DNA of 9,826 nucleotides from a virus (Duplodnaviria; Heunggongvirae; Uroviricota; Caudoviricetes): IMG/VR virus record IMGVR_UViG_2619619132_000009; one strand, 5' to 3'. Shown piece by piece: positions 6,422 to 9,826 of this stretch (position 1 is its first letter; each line of letters starts with the position of its first letter). The notes under the pieces were generated by a model. It saw only the letters and a program-made list of their open reading frames with translations, ran no database searches and was not told where the DNA came from. The position numbers and the translations under genes were made by a program.

Positions 6422-7112
6422 ACTTATTCACTATAACGACAATATCGTCGGTTATGGCTCCCGTGAGTTACGGGTTGAGACAATAAGTTGCTGGCTGGCC
6501 CGGCTGGTCGTCGTCAATAAACATTACAGCCATCGTTTCGTAAATAATTCCTACCTTCATCTGGGCATATTTTCAGAACGGGAGCTGGTTGGCGTAATGC
6601 AATGGGGTTATGCCCTTAATCCAAACAATGGTGCACGCGTCGTAACTGGCACGCAGAACCGCGAATATATGGAGCTTAACCGGTTATGGCTGCATGACTG
6701 TATGCCGAGAAACTCCGAATCAAGGGCAATCAGTTACGCGCTCAAACTAATCAGACAACTTTATCCGCAGGTGCAGTGGGTTCAGTCGTTTGCAGATGAG
6801 CGTTGTGGCTGTCTTGGTGTCGTGTACCAGGCAAGCAATTTTGATTATGTAGGCAGTCATGAAACAACATTCTATGAACTTGATGGCGAGTGGTATCACG
6901 AGATTTGCAAGAATGCAATCAAACGAGGAGGACAGCGAGGTGAACATCTGCGGGCTAATATCGACAGAGCCAGTGTTCATAAATTCCGTCAGTTTCGTTA
7001 CATCCGGTTTCTGGACAAGAGAGCCAGAAAACGCCTTAACACAAAGCTATTCAAAGTCCAGCCTTACCCAAAACCACAAACAGTTAAAACTGGTTTGAAA
7101 GAGAGTGAATGA
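6375..7112 (+). CDS. mom: Mom-like DNA-modification enzyme (phage Mu Mom family); start uncertain, GTG 6375 proposed
   Basis: Long ORF in the +1 frame relative to com. Downstream motifs ([50 protein letters not shown]) resemble Mom-family proteins as recalled. GTG at 6375 is preceded by AAGGA at a 9-nt spacing and lies inside the com 3' end; this gives 245 aa. Confidence 0.65.
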
Positions 7113-7148
7113 ACGCTTAAAAACTCATTCTAAAACTCAAAAGAAAAG

Positions 7149-7190
7149 CGCCGATTTAGTATCAAATAAGTTGCGTATCGGCGTTTTTCA
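7149..7190 (+). terminator. Possible intrinsic terminator after mom (7-bp GC stem, long loop, T5)
   Basis: CGCCGAT (7149-7155) pairs with ATCGGCG (7177-7183), followed by TTTTT (7184-7188), 37 nt after the mom stop. The 21-nt loop is unusually long. Confidence 0.3.
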
Positions 7191-7223
7191 GCGGTATCAA
7201 ATGAAATGCAAATCGGTATCAAA
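7158..7223. repeat. Three direct copies of GTATCAAA (two as the 10-mer CGGTATCAAA) in the non-coding junction
   Basis: GTATCAAA at 7159-7166, 7194-7201 and 7216-7223; CGGTATCAAA at 7192-7201 and 7214-7223 (22-bp spacing). Confidence 0.5.
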
Positions 7224-7241
7224 AAAATCGCCGCGCTATAG

Positions 7242-9200
7242 GTGAACGCCGGTGGTACAGCCACGAATGTCACCCTGAAGCAGGGAGGCGCACTGGTCAC
7301 CAGTACGGCGGCAACCGTCACCGGCAGCAACCGTCTGGGCAATTTCGCGGTGGAAAACGGTAAGGCTGACGGTGTTGTTCTGGAATCCGGCGGTCGTCTG
7401 GATGTACTGGAGAGCCATTCAGCACAGAATACCCTAGTGGATGACGGCGGTACCCTGGCAGTGTCTGCCGGCGGTAAGGCGACAAGTGTCACCATAACAT
7501 CCGGTGGTGCCCTGATTGCAGACAGTGGTGCCATTGTTGAGGGGACCAATGCCAGCGGTAAGTTCAGTATTGATGGCACATCCGGTCAGGCCAGCGGCCT
7601 GCTGCTGGAAAATGGCGGCAGCTTTACGGTTAATGCCGGGGGACAGGCTGGCAACACCACTGTCGGACATCGTGGAACACTGACGCTGGCTGCCGGGGGA
7701 AGTCTGAGTGGCAGAACACAGCTCAGTAAAGGCGCCAGTATGGTACTGAATGGTGATGTGGTCAGTACCGGCGATATTGTTAACGCAGGGGAGATTCGCT
7801 TTGATAATCAGACGACACCGAATGCCGCGCTGAGCCGTGCTGTTGCAAAAAGTAACTCCCCGGTAACGTTCCATAAACTGACAACCAGTAACCTCACCGG
7901 TCAGGGTGGCACCATCAATATGCGTGTTCGCCTTGATGGCAGCAATGCCTCTGACCAGCTGGTGATTAATGGTGGTCAGGCAACCGGCAAAACCTGGCTT
8001 GCGTTTACAAATGTCGGAAACAGTAACCTCGGGGTGGCAACCACCGGACAGGGTATCCGGGTTGTGGATGCACAGAATGGTGCCACCACAGAAGAAGGTG
8101 CGTTTGCCCTGAGTCGCCCGCTTCAGGCCGGCGCCTTTAACTACACCCTGAACCGTGACAGCGATGAAGACTGGTACCTGCGCAGTGAAAATGCTTATCG
8201 TGCTGAAGTCCCCCTGTATACATCCATGCTGACACAGGCAATGGACTATGACCGGATTCTGGCAGGCTCCCGCAGCCATCAGACCGGTGTAAACGGTGAA
8301 AATAACAGCGTCCGTCTCAGCATTCAGGGCGGTCATCTCGGTCACGATAACAACGGCGGTATTGCCCGTGGAGCCACGCCGGAAAGCAGCGGCAGCTATG
8401 GCTTCGTCCGTCTGGAGGGTGACCTGCTCAGAACAGAGGTTGCCGGTATGTCTCTGACGACAGGGGTGCATGGTGCCGCAGGCCATTCTTCCGTTGATGT
8501 TAAGGATGATGACGGTTCCCGCGCCGGCACGGTCCGGGATGATGCCGGCAGCCTGGGCGGATACCTGAATCTGACACACACGTCCTCCGGCCTGTGGGCT
8601 GACATTGTGGCACAGGGAACCCGCCACAGCATGAAAGCGTCATCGGACAATAACGACTTCCGCGCCCGGGGCTGGGGCTGGCTGGGCTCACTGGAAACCG
8701 GTCTGCCCTTCAGTATCACTGACAACCTGATGCTGGAGCCACAACTGCAGTATACCTGGCAGGGACTTTCCCTGGATGACGGCCAGGATAACGCCGGTTA
8801 TGTGAAGTTCGGGCATGGCAGTGCACAACATGTGCGTGCCGGTTTCCGTCTGGGCAGCCACAACGATATGACCTTTGGCGAAGGCACCTCATCCCGTGAC
8901 ACCCTGCGCGACAGTGCAAAACACCGTGTGCGTGAACTGCCGGTGAACTGGTGGGTACAGCCTTCTGTTATCCGCACCTTCAGTTCCCGGGGTGACATGA
9001 GCATGGGGACAGCCGCCGCCGGCAGTAACATGACGTTCTCACCGTCCCGGAATGGCACGTCACTGGACCTGCAGGCCGGACTGGAAGCCCGTGTCCGGGA
9101 AAATATCACCCTGGGCGTTCAGGCCGGTTATGCCCACAGCGTCAGCGGCAGCAGCGCTGAAGGTTATAACGGTCAGGCCACGCTGAATGTGACTTTCTGA
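7242..9200 (+). pseudogene. 5'-truncated Ag43-family self-associating autotransporter (distal passenger plus beta-barrel; no signal peptide)
   Basis: The 652-aa frame opens right after an in-frame TAG (7239-7241). From AGGTATNVTLKQGGALVTSTAATVTG to the C-terminal ...[12 protein letters not shown] it is collinear with roughly the C-terminal two-thirds of E. coli Ag43 as recalled; about 390 N-terminal residues including the signal peptide are missing. Confidence 0.85.
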
Positions 9201-9222
9201 TAATCAGGTCACTCTCCTTCAG

Positions 9223-9250
9223 GCCCCGGTCATCATGACCGGGGCTTTTT
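9223..9250 (+). terminator. Rho-independent terminator of the autotransporter gene
   Basis: Perfect 11-bp stem GCCCCGGTCAT/ATGACCGGGGC followed by TTTTT, 23 nt after the stop. Confidence 0.8.
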
Positions 9251-9270
9251 ACTTTCAGGGAGCAACAGAT

Positions 9271-9504
9271 ATGCCGGGTTGTACATCACGTTTATTGCCC
9301 GAAGGCCCTTTCTCACGCGAACAGGCTGTTGCCGTCAAAACAGCTTACCGCAATGTGTTTACTGAAGATGACCAGGGAACATATTCCCGGCTGGTTATCC
9401 GTAATGCTGAAGGTCAGCGACGCTGGCGCTGCCGGAATTCTGAACCCGATGCCGGAAAGGTGCTTAATACGCGGCTCGCCAGTGACGGTCTTCTCAGACA
9501 ATAA
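9271..9504 (+). CDS. Small hypothetical island protein (77 aa)
   Basis: RBS AGGGAG about 8 nt upstream of ATG 9271. The track's start at 9235 lies inside the terminator hairpin and is rejected. No recognised family. Confidence 0.45.
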   Translation: MPGCTSRLLPEGPFSREQAVAVKTAYRNVFTEDDQGTYSRLVIRNAEGQRRWRCRNSEPDAGKVLNTRLASDGLLRQ

Positions 9505-9527
9505 ACGTCATTCATTTCACCCATCAG

Positions 9528-9558
9528 GCCGCGTCTTCTCCGGGAGACGTGGCTTTTT
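9528..9558 (+). terminator. Probable intrinsic terminator after the small ORF
   Basis: Imperfect GC-rich hairpin GCCGCGTCTTC...GGGAGACGTGGC followed by TTTTT (9554-9558). Confidence 0.5.
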
Positions 9559-9602
9559 CATTTATTACACCAGTAAATCTTAACCACCGATAAGGAGCAA
9601 AT

Positions 9603-9826
9603 TATGCGACTAGCCAGTCGTTTTGGTTATGCTGCAAACCAGATACGTCGTGACCGTCCACTGACACATGAAGAGCTGATGCACCATGTGCCGGGGATTT
9701 TCGGGGAAGATAAACACACGTCCCGAAGCCAGAACTATACGTACATCCCCACCATCACCGTGCTGGAAAGTCTGCAGCGGGAAGGCTTCCAGCCATTCTT
9801 CGCCTGCCAGACCCGTGTGCGCGACC
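9603..9826 (+). CDS. DUF932-family protein (YfjQ/YafZ-like, CP4-type island gene), 5' portion; continues beyond the window
   Basis: RBS AAGGAG 7 nt before ATG 9603. MRLASRFGYAANQIRRDRPLTHEELMHHVPGIFGEDKHTSRSQNYTYIPTITVLESLQREGFQPFFACQTRVRD resembles the N-terminus of E. coli YfjQ/YafZ-type proteins as recalled. Confidence 0.7.

Noticed and set aside
6180-7112. 310-aa ORF from the track taken as a single protein
   Set aside because: Its first 65 codons overlap the whole com gene in another frame and have no RBS in a sensible place. The Mom-like protein is better explained as starting at the internal GTG 6375; the true start remains uncertain.
7158-7223. CRISPR array or iteron origin
   Set aside because: There are only three short 8-10 bp repeats with irregular spacing and no spacer-repeat periodicity or neighbouring cas or rep gene.
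7113-7241. Calling this the attR end of a transposable Mu-like phage
   Set aside because: The sequence does not resemble the recalled Mu right-end transposase-binding sites, and no terminal CA dinucleotide sits at the junction. It is reported only as a repeat-rich junction.
7434-8627. 397-aa minus-strand ORF (with others at 7130-7579 and 8396-9109) inside the autotransporter
   Set aside because: These are antisense shadow ORFs in a GC-rich, repeat-rich gene. They are Cys/Arg-rich with no RBS, and the plus-strand frame has clear Ag43 homology.
9235-9270. ATG at 9235 as the start of the small ORF
   Set aside because: This ATG is part of the right arm of the autotransporter terminator hairpin. 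ATG 9271, which has an AGGGAG RBS, is preferred.

Overview
This window looks like a mosaic prophage right arm fused to a CP4-type island, of the kind found in Escherichia/Shigella genomes. All calls rest on reading the sequence and on recalled family signatures; no database search was run. Left to right: (1) a Gin/Pin-type invertible tail-fibre switch: the 3' end of a tail-fibre gene, perfect 124-bp inverted repeats (1-124 and 1196-1319), two alternative fibre tips on opposite strands, a single Tfa chaperone gene, a gix/hix-like crossover site and the serine invertase gene (1397-1969). (2) A 684-aa protein (2055-4109) with a GQSN-type SGNH/SASA esterase core, resembling prophage NanS-p sialate O-acetylesterases. 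(3) Two small ORFs with good ribosome-binding sites and no recognisable function. (4) An IS1 copy (4996-5763, 768 bp) with a perfect 9-bp target duplication; it splits a small leftward ORF and itself carries an in-frame amber codon in insB. (5) A phage Mu-like com-mom DNA-modification module (6221-7112) preceded by a GATC-containing palindrome; this is the most interesting candidate system here, though it is a known family rather than an undescribed one. (6) A 130-bp repeat-rich non-coding junction, then a 5'-truncated Ag43-family autotransporter (7242-9200), a small ORF and the start of a DUF932 gene. Most other ORFs in the six-frame track are antisense shadows of these genes.
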